NCBI GenBank assembly: GCA_003279705.1
Contig: QCGZ01000005.1
Coordinates: 304 to 64,303, forward strand
Reading direction: 5' to 3'
Length of the DNA stretch: 64,000 bases
From: OCS116 cluster bacterium AG-390-I16
GTDB lineage: Bacteria > Pseudomonadota > Alphaproteobacteria > MED-G09
The notes beneath the pieces were generated by a model, which saw nothing but the letters and a program-made list of their open reading frames with translations, was not told where the DNA came from and ran no database searches. This document shows positions 41,329 through 51,347 of this stretch, in pieces (the first letter of the stretch is position 1; every line of letters starts with the position of its first letter). Both the position numbers and the translations under genes were made by a program.

Positions 41329-43392
41329 CTAATCAATCACCTGATCTAATTTTTTGGAAATATTATTTCTTTCACACATCAATTTTGATGAACGAGTTAT
41401 TGAATTAGATAACCAAAAATTATTTAAAGAATTTGAAAAGATATGCTGTTTTATATCTTTTACATCTATTTTTTTTGGAAGTTGTTCCCCAGAAAGACAT
41501 AAATCTATATCTGCTAAATGAGGATAATGTAGAAATAAACTAGACCTTAATTCTTCAAAACTTGTAAAATTATTTTCTAAGCCCATTTTTTTTGAAATTA
41601 ATGAAATAATTTCCCAATCTTCTTTTGCTTCTCCAACAGGAAAAGTGGCTCTTATAGACTCTTGAACTCTGCCTTCGGTGTTTATATAAAGGCCATTTTG
41701 TTCATTAAATGAAGGAGAAGGTAAAATTAAGTCTGCAATATTTGCTCCTTTATCACCATGGTGTCCTTGATAGATAACAAAACAATCATTTTTTTCTGAT
41801 ATATCTATTTCGTCAGCGCCCAATAGAAATAAAGTTGAAATATCTCCTGTTTTATAACTTTTAATAATCTGGTCTAAATTTTTTCCTTTTTCTCCAGGTA
41901 AAAAGCCAATTTCCATTGCCCCAGGCCTTGAAGCTGCAGTATGAAGAACATTGAAGCCATTCCACTCATCTTTTAAAAAATTATACTTGTGCGCTAACTC
42001 GATACACAGGTTTAAATAATCTTCTCCTTTATCACCCTTTAAGGCACCTTGGCCAATTATCATTAATGGGTTATCCATTTTAGATAAATTTTTACTAAAT
42101 GGATTTGTACCACTAATTAAGTCATAAATTATTGCTGGGTCATCACCTAAAAAATTATAATTATAATTCAAATCAACTTTGTTACCCAACAATCCAATAG
42201 AGTAATTATTTTCTTTAGATTTTCTTATTATTCTAGAATTAATAAGAGCCGCTTCAATTCTAGGGTTTGTTCCAATTAATAAACAGCCATCAGAGTAATC
42301 TATTCCTGATAACTTAGAATTAAACAACCACCTCTCTCTACCTCCACTGATCTTTGAGCCATCTTGTCTACATTCAGTATTTGGCGACTTAATTGAGTCC
42401 ATTAATTCTTTTAATGAATATATAGACTCTATTGATGCCAAATCACCAATAATTGAAGCAATTTTTTCAGGTTTAGTACTTAAAAGTTTATCTGAAGCAA
42501 CGTCTAAAGCTTTGCTCCAGCTTATCTGTTTGAGTTTACCATCTGTTCTAAGATAAGGTTTATCAATTCTTTGAAGGCTTAAGCCATCCCAAAAAAATCT
42601 TGTTTTATCAGAAATCCACTCCTCATTTATTTCATCATTATTACGAGGTAAAACCCTCATAACTTTATTACCTTTAGTATCTATTCTTATATTTGAACCT
42701 ACAGCATCCATTACATCAATGGATTCTGTTTGTTTAAGCTCCCAAGGTCTTGCAGAAAATGCATATGGTTTTGAAGTTAAAGCTCCAACAGGACATAAAT
42801 CTATTACGTTTCCAGATAGTTCAGATTTAACAGCTATATCAAGATATGTAGTAATTTCCATGTCACGACCTCTTCCGATAGCCCCTATTTCATCAGAACC
42901 TGAAACTTCAGTAGAAAATCGAACACACCTTGTGCAATGAATACATCTATTCATTTCTGTTTTAATAAAAGGCCCCATATCTTTATTCTCAACAGATCTC
43001 TTATTTTGTTCGTATCTACTTCCTCCTACCCCATAAGCAACTGACTGATCCTGTAAATCGCATTCACCACCTTGATCACATATTGGACAATCGAGCGGAT
43101 GGTTAATTAAAAGAAACTCCATCACCCCTTCTCGAGCCTTCTTTACTCTTTGAGTTTTTGTATGAATTTTTAAACCATCAGAAACCTGCATTGCACATGA
43201 AGCTACTGGTTTAGGGCTCATTCCTCTTGAATCCTCAATATCAACCAGACACATTCTACAATTACCAGCTACAGAGAGTTTTTCGTGATAACAGAATCTT
43301 GGTATCTCAACACCGGAAACCTCACAGGCCTGTATAATTGAAAGATTTTCTTCAACTTCAAAATCTTTTCCATCTATTATAATTTTAGGCAT
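41329..43392 (-). CDS. nuoG: NADH-quinone oxidoreductase subunit G
   Basis: 687 aa. N-terminal 2Fe-2S/4Fe-4S cysteine clusters (CYHEKLSVAGNCRMCLV, CPICDQGGEC). Confidence 0.93.
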   Translation of the reverse strand: MPKIIIDGKDFEVEENLSIIQACEVSGVEIPRFCYHEKLSVAGNCRMCLVDIEDSRGMSPKPVASCAMQVSDGLKIHTKTQRVKKAREGVMEFLLINHPLDCPICDQGGECDLQDQSVAYGVGGSRYEQNKRSVENKDMGPFIKTEMNRCIHCTRCVRFSTEVSGSDEIGAIGRGRDMEITTYLDIAVKSELSGNVIDLCPVGALTSKPYAFSARPWELKQTESIDVMDAVGSNIRIDTKGNKVMRVLPRNNDEINEEWISDKTRFFWDGLSLQRIDKPYLRTDGKLKQISWSKALDVASDKLLSTKPEKIASIIGDLASIESIYSLKELMDSIKSPNTECRQDGSKISGGRERWLFNSKLSGIDYSDGCLLIGTNPRIEAALINSRIIRKSKENNYSIGLLGNKVDLNYNYNFLGDDPAIIYDLISGTNPFSKNLSKMDNPLMIIGQGALKGDKGEDYLNLCIELAHKYNFLKDEWNGFNVLHTAASRPGAMEIGFLPGEKGKNLDQIIKSYKTGDISTLFLLGADEIDISEKNDCFVIYQGHHGDKGANIADLILPSPSFNEQNGLYINTEGRVQESIRATFPVGEAKEDWEIISLISKKMGLENNFTSFEELRSSLFLHYPHLADIDLCLSGEQLPKKIDVKDIKQHIFSNSLNNFWLSNSITRSSKLMCERNNISKKLDQVID

Positions 43393-44678
43393 TACTGCTC
43401 CACTAAAATTTTATTTTTTGTACTAATAAGTCTCTCTTCCATATAACTTCTGAAATGTCTTATTAATCCTTGAACAGGCCAAGCTGCGGCATCTCCTAAA
43501 GCACAAATACAATGACCTTCAATTCTTTTTGTTAAGTCTAAAAGAGTATCAATCTCATCAACCCTAGCATTACCATTTGCCATTTTTTCCATCATTTCCC
43601 AAAGCCACGTTGTTCCCTCCCTACATGGAGTGCATTGACCACAACTTTCATGTTTATAAAAATAAGAAATTCTTGAAATTGCCTTAATTAAATCAGTAGA
43701 TTTATCCATAACTATCACTGCCGCTGTACCAAGACCAGAATTAGCAGCTTGAAGCGAGTCAAAATCCATTAAAACTGTGTCACAAATATCTTTAGGTAAC
43801 ATCGGCACTGAGGATCCTCCAGGAATTACAGCAAGTAAATTATCCCAGCCACCTCTCACACCGCCTGCATGTTTTTCAATAAGATCTTTTAAGGGTATGC
43901 CCATCTCTTCTTCAATATTACAAGGATTATTTACATGACCTGAAATACAGAAAATCTTCGTCCCAGTATTTCTTTCTCTGCCTAGAGATGAAAACCAATT
44001 GGCGCCTCTTCTTAAAATAGTTGGAACGACTGCAATACTCTCAACATTATTGACTGTGGTTGGACAGCCATATAGACCTGAGGTGGCTGGAAAAGGAGGT
44101 TTTAGCCTCGGCATTCCTTTTTTTCCCTCTAAACTCTCTAATAATGCAGTTTCCTCACCACAAATATATGCTCCAGCCCCGTGATGAATATAAATATCAA
44201 TATCTACTCCAGAACCACATGCATTTTTTCCTACAAGACCACTTTCGTAAGCTTCATTAAGCGCTGATTCTAAAGTTATTCTCTCATTATAAAACTCACC
44301 TCTTACATATATATAACAAATATTTGCTCCCATTGCTTTACAAGCAATGATGCACCCTTCAAGAAGCTTATGGGGTTCATTTCTTATTATATCCCTATCT
44401 TTACAGGTACCTGGTTCAGACTCATCTGCATTGACAACTAAGTAATGGTTTTTTCCAGTAGGTTCTTTTGGCATAAATGACCATTTTGTAGCAGTAGGAA
44501 AACCAGCGCCACCTCTTCCTCTTAGGCCGGATTTTGTTAATTCTTCAATAATTTCATTTCTATCTTTTTGTAAAATATCTTTTGTATTAGACCAATCACC
44601 TCTTTTTTTAGCATCGACTAAATTTGAGGACTCAAATCCATAAAGATTATTAAAAATTCTATCTTCGTTTTTAAGCAT
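43392..44678 (-). CDS. nuoF: NADH-quinone oxidoreductase subunit F
   Basis: Motifs GRGGAGFPT and [12 protein letters not shown]. Homologues start ML..DRIF.NLYG, so the M at 44678 ([14 protein letters not shown]) is preferred over the ORF-track start at 44732. Confidence 0.95.
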   Translation of the reverse strand: MLKNEDRIFNNLYGFESSNLVDAKKRGDWSNTKDILQKDRNEIIEELTKSGLRGRGGAGFPTATKWSFMPKEPTGKNHYLVVNADESEPGTCKDRDIIRNEPHKLLEGCIIACKAMGANICYIYVRGEFYNERITLESALNEAYESGLVGKNACGSGVDIDIYIHHGAGAYICGEETALLESLEGKKGMPRLKPPFPATSGLYGCPTTVNNVESIAVVPTILRRGANWFSSLGRERNTGTKIFCISGHVNNPCNIEEEMGIPLKDLIEKHAGGVRGGWDNLLAVIPGGSSVPMLPKDICDTVLMDFDSLQAANSGLGTAAVIVMDKSTDLIKAISRISYFYKHESCGQCTPCREGTTWLWEMMEKMANGNARVDEIDTLLDLTKRIEGHCICALGDAAAWPVQGLIRHFRSYMEERLISTKNKILVEQ

Positions 44679-45258
44679 TTTTATTATCCGCATTATAGGG
44701 TTCAGATGAGACTCTTCCAATTTGAGAGCCAACTTTAATAGATTTATTATTTTTTAAATTATTTATTATATCGATCATATTTTCATAATTTAAATCTTCA
44801 TAGTAATCCTCATTAACTTGAACAGCCGGGGCATTAACACAAGCTCCAAGACACTCAACTTCAAGCCAACTAATACTATCAAAAGATACCTCACCCTCTT
44901 GCCCAACTAACTCAATACATGCTTTTTTTATTTTATCAGACCCTCTTAACCAACATGGAGTCGTTCCACAAACCTGAATAAAGTGGTTTCCAGTTGGTTT
45001 TAAATTAAACATTGAATAGAATGTAGCTATTTCCAAAACTCTCATTTTTGGCATCTCAAGAATTTCAGCAACTTTTGAAATAGCTTTTTCAGGAAGCCAA
45101 CCACCTGCTCTTTTTTGAGCTATATAAAGACTTGGAACAACAGCAGATTGTTTTCTATCTTTAGGATAATTTTTTATAATCTTTTCAATAAGTTCGTTGT
45201 CTTGCTTACTAAAAGAAAATGTTTCTGGTTGATTGCTATCTAATCTTTTTACAGTCAT
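44671..45258 (-). CDS. nuoE: NADH-quinone oxidoreductase subunit E
   Basis: 195 aa. 2Fe-2S motifs [10 protein letters not shown] and CLGACVNAP. Confidence 0.93.
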   Translation of the reverse strand: MTVKRLDSNQPETFSFSKQDNELIEKIIKNYPKDRKQSAVVPSLYIAQKRAGGWLPEKAISKVAEILEMPKMRVLEIATFYSMFNLKPTGNHFIQVCGTTPCWLRGSDKIKKACIELVGQEGEVSFDSISWLEVECLGACVNAPAVQVNEDYYEDLNYENMIDIINNLKNNKSIKVGSQIGRVSSEPYNADNKNA

Positions 45259-46433
45259 CTATCAACCTCGCCAAAAACTAAATCTAATGAACCAAGAATA
45301 GCTGATAAATCTGGTAATAAATGACCTTTTCCAAGGTAATCAATTGCTTGAAGATGGGCAAAACCTGGTGCACGAATTTTACATCTATATGGTTTGTTTG
45401 TTCCATCAGATATTAAATAAACACCAAACTCCCCTTTAGGAGCTTCAATAGCTTTATAAATATCTCCTGGCCCTACATCATAACCCTCTGTATATAATTT
45501 AAAATGATGAATAAGCGCTTCCATTGAAGACTTCATTTCCGCTCTTTTTGGTGGAGCTATTTTTTTGTCTTCGCAAATAGTTGGTCCAGGTTTCATTCTT
45601 TCAATAACTTGCTTTATAATTGAAATTGATTGACGACACTCCTCAACTCTAATTAAATATCTGTCATAATTATCGCCATTTTTTCCTACCGGAATTTGAA
45701 AATCAAGTTGATCATATATCTCATAGGGTTGAGTTTTTCTTAAATCCCAATGATAACCTGAGCCTCTCGCCATAACCCCGGTTAAACCCCAATCTAAGAC
45801 ATCTTGTTTGGTAACAACGCCTATATCAACATTTCTTTGTTTAAATATTCTATTTTCAGTAAGAAGACTCTCTAAGTCATCCAATACTTTTAAAAAAGGG
45901 TCACAAAAATTAAAAATGTCATTAACTAGACTTTCCTCTAGATCTTGATGAACGCCACCTGTTCTAAAATAGGCAGCATGAAGTCTTGAACCACAAGCTC
46001 TTTCATAAAAGACCATAAGTTTTTCTCTTTCTTCCCAACCCCACAGTGTTGGAGTTAACGCCCCTACGTCTAAAGCTTGAGCAGGTACATTAATCATATG
46101 GCTTAAAATTCTTCCAATTTCAGAATATAAAACTCTTATACATTGAGCTCTTTCTGGAACTTGAACATTTAAAAGACTCTCAACCGCAAGAGTAAAAGCA
46201 TGCTCCTGATTCATTGGCGCTACATAATCTAAACGATCAAAATAAGGCAGGGCTTGTAAATAAGTTTTATTTTCGATTAATTTTTCAGTACCCCTATGAA
46301 GAAGACCAATATGAGGCTCCACTCTCTCTACAACCTCTCCATCTAGATCGAGAATAAGTCTTAATACGCCATGAGCAGCTGGATGCTGAGGGCCAAAATT
46401 AACTCTAAATTTTTCACTAGTCTTATTTGTCAT
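45255..46433 (-). CDS. nuoD: NADH-quinone oxidoreductase subunit D
   Basis: 392 aa. Typical 49-kDa subunit sequence ([22 protein letters not shown]). Confidence 0.95.
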   Translation of the reverse strand: MTNKTSEKFRVNFGPQHPAAHGVLRLILDLDGEVVERVEPHIGLLHRGTEKLIENKTYLQALPYFDRLDYVAPMNQEHAFTLAVESLLNVQVPERAQCIRVLYSEIGRILSHMINVPAQALDVGALTPTLWGWEEREKLMVFYERACGSRLHAAYFRTGGVHQDLEESLVNDIFNFCDPFLKVLDDLESLLTENRIFKQRNVDIGVVTKQDVLDWGLTGVMARGSGYHWDLRKTQPYEIYDQLDFQIPVGKNGDNYDRYLIRVEECRQSISIIKQVIERMKPGPTICEDKKIAPPKRAEMKSSMEALIHHFKLYTEGYDVGPGDIYKAIEAPKGEFGVYLISDGTNKPYRCKIRAPGFAHLQAIDYLGKGHLLPDLSAILGSLDLVFGEVDR

Positions 46434-47046
46434 TTACTGAATCACTCTCTAAATCATTTTCAGGGTACTTAATACCCTCCCAAGGACTTTCAAAGTCAAA
46501 ACTTCTAAATTCTTGCTTTAATTCAACTGGCTCATACACAACTCGCTTTTTTGACTCGTCATACCTTACCTCAACATATCCAGTTAGAGGAAAGTCTTTT
46601 CTCAATGGATGACCTTCAAAGCCATAATCAGTTAGTAACCTTCTTAGATCTTTATTACCTTTAAAGTTAATACCAAACAGATCATATGCTTCTCTTTCAT
46701 ACCACTCTGCACAAGGAAAAAGTTTAGAAACACTGACTACTGAATCATTTTTATCAGTAAAAGTTTTTACTCTAATTCTTGAATTATTTGACATAGATAA
46801 AAGATTGTAAACAACTTGAAATCTTATTTCATTTTCTGGCCAATCAACACCACATAGATCTGTTAATTGAGAAAATAAGAAATCTTCATCATCCCTTAAT
46901 AACTTTAATAAATCGTATAGTTTTTCATTATCAACATATATAGAGAGATCATTTGCAGAAACTTCAGTTTTTACAATAAGTGATTTTATATTTGAGTTAT
47001 TTTCAATCTCATTTAATAATTGAGAGTAATTTTTTTGTTTATACAT
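46423..47046 (-). CDS. nuoC: NADH-quinone oxidoreductase subunit C
   Basis: 207 aa. Motifs [10 protein letters not shown] and [13 protein letters not shown]. Confidence 0.93.
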   Translation of the reverse strand: MYKQKNYSQLLNEIENNSNIKSLIVKTEVSANDLSIYVDNEKLYDLLKLLRDDEDFLFSQLTDLCGVDWPENEIRFQVVYNLLSMSNNSRIRVKTFTDKNDSVVSVSKLFPCAEWYEREAYDLFGINFKGNKDLRRLLTDYGFEGHPLRKDFPLTGYVEVRYDESKKRVVYEPVELKQEFRSFDFESPWEGIKYPENDLESDSVNDK

Positions 47047-47054
47047 TCAAGTTT

Positions 47055-47582
47055 CTATCTTTCAAAAGTCCCAGTTCTTCTTATTTTTTTCTGTAATTGC
47101 AAAATTCCATACATTAAAGCCTCTGCTGTTGGAGGACATCCAGGGACATAAATATCAACAGGAACAATTCTATCGCAACCTCGAACAACTGAGTAAGAGT
47201 AATGATAATAACCACCCCCATTTGCACATGAACCCATAGAAATAACATATCTAGGCTCTGGCATTTGATCGTAAACTTTTCTTAATGGTCCAGCCATTTT
47301 ATTTGTTAATGTTCCAGCAACAATCATCACATCAGATTGCCTGGGTGAACCTCTTGGTGCAGTGCCAAACCTTTCTAAATCATATCTTGGACCATTTGCT
47401 TGAAACATTTCTATCGCGCAACAAGCAAGGCCAAATGTCATCCAATGCAATGATCCAGTTCTAGCCCAATTAATTAATGATTCTGATGAAGTGACAAAAA
47501 AACCTTTATCAGACATATCTGACTGGAAATTCTCAACATTACTTTCTGAAATTAATCCCATTCTAATGCTCCTTTTTTCCAT
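47055..47582 (-). CDS. nuoB: NADH-quinone oxidoreductase subunit B
   Basis: Motifs GLACCAIEM and [11 protein letters not shown]. The start may be the internal M at 47561. Confidence 0.95.
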   Translation of the reverse strand: MEKRSIRMGLISESNVENFQSDMSDKGFFVTSSESLINWARTGSLHWMTFGLACCAIEMFQANGPRYDLERFGTAPRGSPRQSDVMIVAGTLTNKMAGPLRKVYDQMPEPRYVISMGSCANGGGYYHYSYSVVRGCDRIVPVDIYVPGCPPTAEALMYGILQLQKKIRRTGTFER

Positions 47583-47917
47583 TCATAAATAAAACCAATG
47601 GTTAAAATTGTTAAAAAAAGCATCATAGAAAAAAATCCAAAGAAACCAATATCTCCGAAAACTATTGCCCATGGGAAAAGAAAGGCTACCTCTAAATCAA
47701 AAATAATGAATAAAATAGCAACCAAATAAAATCTTATATCAAATTTTGACCTAGCATCGTCAAATGGATCAAAACCACATTCATATGGGGATAATTTCTC
47801 GGAATCAGGATTTTTTGGAGCAATTAAAAGTGGTGGCAAAATAAGTAATAAGGTAATAAATAAGGACAAGCCCATGAAGACAACAATCGGTAAATAATCT
47901 TGCAGTATAGCCGGCAT
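47552..47917 (-). CDS. nuoA: NADH-quinone oxidoreductase subunit A
   Basis: 121 aa. Motifs YECGF and [11 protein letters not shown]. First gene of the operon, preceded by AAGGAG. Confidence 0.92.
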   Translation of the reverse strand: MPAILQDYLPIVVFMGLSLFITLLLILPPLLIAPKNPDSEKLSPYECGFDPFDDARSKFDIRFYLVAILFIIFDLEVAFLFPWAIVFGDIGFFGFFSMMLFLTILTIGFIYEWKKGALEWD

Positions 47918-47954
47918 ACTATTGCTCCTTTATCCCCCTCATATATTTGAGAGC

Positions 47955-47982
47955 AATATATCCTCTAGGGTCAGGAATGCAA
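47955..47982 (-). promoter_or_regulatory. candidate sigma-70 promoter of the nuo operon
   Basis: The minus strand reads TTGCAT-N16-TATATT, with the -10 element ending about 37 nt upstream of the nuoA ATG. It lies in the 183-nt spacer, the largest tRNA-free intergenic spacer in the window. Confidence 0.35.
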
Positions 47983-48100
47983 TAAAATTCGAAATAATTT
48001 ATTAGCAAAAAAAAATTAAAAAATTTTACTTAAAAATACAATTTTTTTTATTTAAAAAAAAATATGAAAATTAAAATTTTTTTTAACTGAAGAATATTTT

Positions 48101-49528
48101 TTATGGCTTAATTTGCATTTTTAAAGCATTTTTTGCCTTGGATCCATAAGGAGGACGAAAAATATTTATCAAACCATCAAACTTGGTTTGAGTATATATA
48201 GTTTTAGCATGAGAGAAATTTTTGAAACCCTCTATCCCGTGATAAGAGCCAGTTCCAGAAGGACCAACTCCACCAAAAGGAGCATTATCTTGAGCCACAT
48301 GAAAAACAACATCATTAATAGTAACACCTCCTGACGTGGTATTTTTTAAAATATCATCTAACTCTTTTGCATCTTCTCCAAAATAATATAAACCTAAAGG
48401 CCTGTCCTTTGAGTTTATATAATTTATAGTTTCCGAAATATCTGAATAGGTTTTTATTGGTAGAACAGGTCCAAAAATTTCTTCTTTCATGACAGACAAG
48501 TCTTCATCAGGATTTACTATAAGTGTAGGAGGTATTTTATGATTCGGTTGCTGATCAAAATCCTCATCTGATGGATTAATCTCAATAACTTCAGCCCCTT
48601 TGTCTTGAGCCTCATCAATGTAGCCTTTAAGTCTATCGTAATGTCTTTGATTAATCACAGAAGTATAGTCAGGATTTTCTTTTAAGGTTGGATACATTTT
48701 TGAGACAATTTCTTTTGATTGAGATATAAAATTATCTTTTTTTGCCTCAGGAACAAAAACATAATCAGGCGCTAAACATATCTGACCTGCATTAAGAGTT
48801 TTTCCAGCCATAATACGATTAACAGAAACATCAAAATTAGAATTATCTGAAATAATGACTGGTGATTTACCACCTAACTCTAGTGTAACTGGGACTAAAT
48901 TTTCTGAAGCGGCTCTCATAACATGTTTGGCTATTGATGTTGCCCCAGTGAAAAGAAGATGGTCAAAGGGTAGTGAAGAAAAAGCCTCACCAACATCAGG
49001 GCCTCCAGTAAAAACAGCAACCTCTTCATCTGAAAATTCTTCCGAAAACATTTTTTTCATTAATTCAGAAGTTTTAGGAGTAAATTCTGAAGGTTTTATC
49101 ATTGCCCTATTTCCTGCTGCAAAGATACTTCCAAGAGGTCCGAAGGTTAAGGTCACAGGAAAATTCCAAGGACTAATAACACCCACTGTTCCTAAAGGTT
49201 GGTATTCAATTTTTAATTTAGCCCCCAAATAACCAAGTATAGATGGGGAAACCTTCCTTTTTTCAGGCTTTACCCATTTATCTATGTTTTCTTTTGCCAT
49301 TTTGAGTGATGTAATTGAACCAGCAACATCAGATAAAAGAGAGCTTTCTTTACTTCTGTGTCCAAAATCTTCTGAAATTGTATCAGCTATTTCATTTTGA
49401 TATTTTATGAGAGAAGAAATACACCTGTCTATCCAATCTTTGCGAATAGAAACTGGCAAAGGACCATCATTAATATGTTTTTGTTTTTGTTTTTCTAAAA
49501 TTTCTTTCATTCTATCAAAATCAGTCAT
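48101..49528 (-). CDS. NAD(P)-dependent aldehyde dehydrogenase (ALDH3/coniferyl-aldehyde-dehydrogenase-like)
   Basis: 475 aa. Catalytic Glu context ELGGKSP and catalytic Cys context AGQICLAPDY. Confidence 0.88.
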   Translation of the reverse strand: MTDFDRMKEILEKQKQKHINDGPLPVSIRKDWIDRCISSLIKYQNEIADTISEDFGHRSKESSLLSDVAGSITSLKMAKENIDKWVKPEKRKVSPSILGYLGAKLKIEYQPLGTVGVISPWNFPVTLTFGPLGSIFAAGNRAMIKPSEFTPKTSELMKKMFSEEFSDEEVAVFTGGPDVGEAFSSLPFDHLLFTGATSIAKHVMRAASENLVPVTLELGGKSPVIISDNSNFDVSVNRIMAGKTLNAGQICLAPDYVFVPEAKKDNFISQSKEIVSKMYPTLKENPDYTSVINQRHYDRLKGYIDEAQDKGAEVIEINPSDEDFDQQPNHKIPPTLIVNPDEDLSVMKEEIFGPVLPIKTYSDISETINYINSKDRPLGLYYFGEDAKELDDILKNTTSGGVTINDVVFHVAQDNAPFGGVGPSGTGSYHGIEGFKNFSHAKTIYTQTKFDGLINIFRPPYGSKAKNALKMQIKP

Positions 49529-49661
49529 TATTTAGTTACCTCTTAATATGAATGAACCTTAAACTATTTTTTCTAAATATTAAATTGTTCATTAAAAATT
49601 ATAAATATAAAATTGTCATTAAGTTGCTATAAATTGAAAAAATATATAATTTATAATTACA

Positions 49662-50042
49662 ATGTCTTTTAAACCAGAACCAATGAAAGTATTCCCAAAC
49701 TTTTTTTCTTCAAAAGAAGAGGTTCTTGATGACATTAAAAAACTTGATTTATGGCCTTCGGTTTATGTTTCTGACAGAATGGAAGAGCTACCTCCTCATT
49801 GGCATGATGTAGATAATTGTGGCTACGTGATGGAAGGTAAAAGTTATGTAATTAATGAGAAAAATGAAAAGATACCACTAAATCCCGGTGACAAGTTATA
49901 TATTCCTGCTGGCGCCATTCATGCAGAGGGTAAAGTAGAAGAAAAAATGATCTATATAGTTGGTATTTCTGAACCAGCAAATTTAATGGAAAAGCTTACT
50001 TTGCTTGACCCTAAAGAAAGTCCATTGAACAAATTAAAATAA
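49662..50042 (+). CDS. cupin-domain protein
   Basis: 126 aa. Cupin motif 1 HWHDVDNCGYVMEG and motif 2 GDKLYIPAGAIHAEG. Confidence 0.7.
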   Translation: MSFKPEPMKVFPNFFSSKEEVLDDIKKLDLWPSVYVSDRMEELPPHWHDVDNCGYVMEGKSYVINEKNEKIPLNPGDKLYIPAGAIHAEGKVEEKMIYIVGISEPANLMEKLTLLDPKESPLNKLK

Positions 50043-50534
50043 TTATAACCCAAGCTCTTCCTTAGTTAATATTGAAATTCCATATTCGCCCCTTAGATCA
50101 CTAATTTTAAGAGAAAGATAAGATTTTGGTACAAAATATGACCACTTTTTTTTCATTAGTTTAGTTTTCATTTTTGCAATTTTTTTAGATTTTCTTGACA
50201 AATAAACTAACTTAAGCAAACCCATAAAACCATTTTCTGAAATTAACTTTTTATATAAATTTAAAAGTTCCTTTGATTTAAAAAGCTGACCTGTTGCCCT
50301 AAAAATTATTTTGAATGAATTTTTACAACCATAAATTGTAAAAGTATCTAGAATTGACTCTTCTTTTAAAGATAAACCAAGCCCAAAAATAACATGAGTG
50401 CAATCATGTCCAAAAATAAACTCCGGAAGAGTATCACCTTTTAAGATTGATTCTTGATCTTCAAAAGCGTCATAATAAATCTTAAGACCCTCTTCTAATG
50501 TTAACTGACAGTTTTGTTCTTGAAATTCCAACAT
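50043..50534 (-). CDS. hypothetical protein with a COQ4-like HDxxH-x11-E motif
   Basis: 163 aa. GHDCTHVIFGLGLSLKEEE-type segment (HDCTH, 11 residues, E). Clean ORF filling the gap between the cupin gene and tRNA-Asp. Function unverified. Confidence 0.5.
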   Translation of the reverse strand: MLEFQEQNCQLTLEEGLKIYYDAFEDQESILKGDTLPEFIFGHDCTHVIFGLGLSLKEESILDTFTIYGCKNSFKIIFRATGQLFKSKELLNLYKKLISENGFMGLLKLVYLSRKSKKIAKMKTKLMKKKWSYFVPKSYLSLKISDLRGEYGISILTKEELGL

Positions 50535-50594
50535 AATTTTTATTTTTTTATTACTCTAATACTTTTAAGTAAAAAAAACTAATAAAATTTTAAG

Positions 50595-50671
50595 TGGCGG
50601 GAGTGACGGGACTCGAACCCGCGACCTCTGGCGTGACAGGCCAGCGCTCTAACCAACTGAGCTACACCCCC
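50595..50671 (-). tRNA. tRNA-Asp (anticodon GTC)
   Basis: The minus strand reads GGGGGTGTAGCTCAGTTGGTTAGAGCGCTGGCCTGTCACGCCAGAGGTCGCGGGTTCGAGTCCCGTCACTCCCGCCA. All four cloverleaf stems pair, the anticodon loop is CTGTCAC, and CCA is encoded. Confidence 0.93.
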
Positions 50672-50760
50672 ACAAAAAAGTATATATTTTATTTAAGGGT
50701 CAATTTAACTTAAATCAAGACACTTAAAAAAAAAGTATAAACTTAGAAACATACTAAAAA

Positions 50761-50836
50761 TGGTGGGCGGTGAGAGGCTCGAACTCCCGACCCTCTGGAT
50801 GTAAACCAGATGCTCTACCAACTGAGCTAACCGCCC
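50761..50836 (-). tRNA. tRNA-Val (anticodon TAC)
   Basis: The minus strand reads GGGCGGTTAGCTCAGTTGGTAGAGCATCTGGTTTACATCCAGAGGGTCGGGAGTTCGAGCCTCTCACCGCCCACCA. Full cloverleaf, anticodon loop TTTACAT, CCA encoded. Confidence 0.93.
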
Positions 50837-50952
50837 TTATAATAGTTTAATAATTTTATATTTTGAAAGTTTATATAACCTAATAAAGATTAAGTACATA
50901 GTAACGTATAAAAATTAAAAATGTTTTATTTATTGAGAATTAAAAAGATTAA

Positions 50953-50979
50953 TTTTAGGTGGCATTAAGCCACCTAAAA
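50953..50979 (-). terminator. rho-independent-type terminator hairpin downstream of hupB
   Basis: An 11-bp perfect stem TTTTAGGTGGC / GCCACCTAAAA with loop ATTAA starts 12 nt after the hupB stop. It is A/T-flanked on both sides, so it could act bidirectionally. Confidence 0.7.
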
Positions 50980-50990
50980 TAATTTAGAAT

Positions 50991-51263
50991 TTAGTTTACA
51001 GCGTCTTTTAAACCCTTACCAGATTTAAATTTTGCATTCTTAGAAGCTGCAATTTGAATAGCTTCACCAGTTCTTGGATTTCTTCCTGTAGTAGCAGCTC
51101 TATGACTTACAGAAAAAGTTCCAAAACCTGTAATTTTTACACTTCCACCACCAGCTAATGTTGAAGTCACTGATCCAAGAAAAGCTTCAAGAGCTCTTCC
51201 AGCATCAGCTTTACTTAATCCTGATCCAGAAGCAATTGCATCGATAAGTTCATTTTTGTTCAT
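50991..51263 (-). CDS. hupB: DNA-binding protein HU
   Basis: 90 aa. Motifs [18 protein letters not shown] and RNPRTGE. Confidence 0.93.
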   Translation of the reverse strand: MNKNELIDAIASGSGLSKADAGRALEAFLGSVTSTLAGGGSVKITGFGTFSVSHRAATTGRNPRTGEAIQIAASKNAKFKSGKGLKDAVN

Positions 51264-51347
51264 ATTATCCTCTCATAAGTTGTTTAACTAATAAGAATGT
51301 ATGCCCTAAAATCTCAATTGGTCAAAAAAAATTTAAAAAGTTTTTTT

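Noticed and set aside
47920-47958. An inverted repeat TATTGCTC ... GAGCAATA, whose arm nearest nuoA overlaps the nuoA SD (AAGGAG), as a translational control hairpin.
   Set aside because: The promoter-distal arm (47951..47958) overlaps the best candidate -10 element (TATATT, 47955..47960), so it is probably not in the transcript. The stem is only 8 bp with a 23-nt loop.
48855-49232. Long antisense ORFs inside conserved genes. Examples: 48855..49232 (125 aa, in the aldehyde dehydrogenase), 2812..3159 (115 aa, in trpD), 4254..4556 (in trpC), 12969..13268 (in lpxD), 51493..51768 and 51865..52161 (in lon), plus all the other 60-90-aa opposite-strand ORFs in the track.
   Set aside because: Each lies entirely within a strongly recognisable gene on the other strand. 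They coincide with the locally GC-richer Gly/Ala-rich conserved cores, where stop codons are depleted. Their S/P/F/L-rich compositions are low-complexity, and they have no SD or start context. They are shadow ORFs, not genes.
50535-50990. The tRNA-Asp / tRNA-Val cluster and its flanking A/T-rich spacers as a possible integration site or genomic island border.
   Set aside because: There is no integrase, no phage or IS gene, and no visible direct repeat of a tRNA 3' end. Housekeeping genes (hupB-lon on one side, the nuo region on the other) flank it directly.
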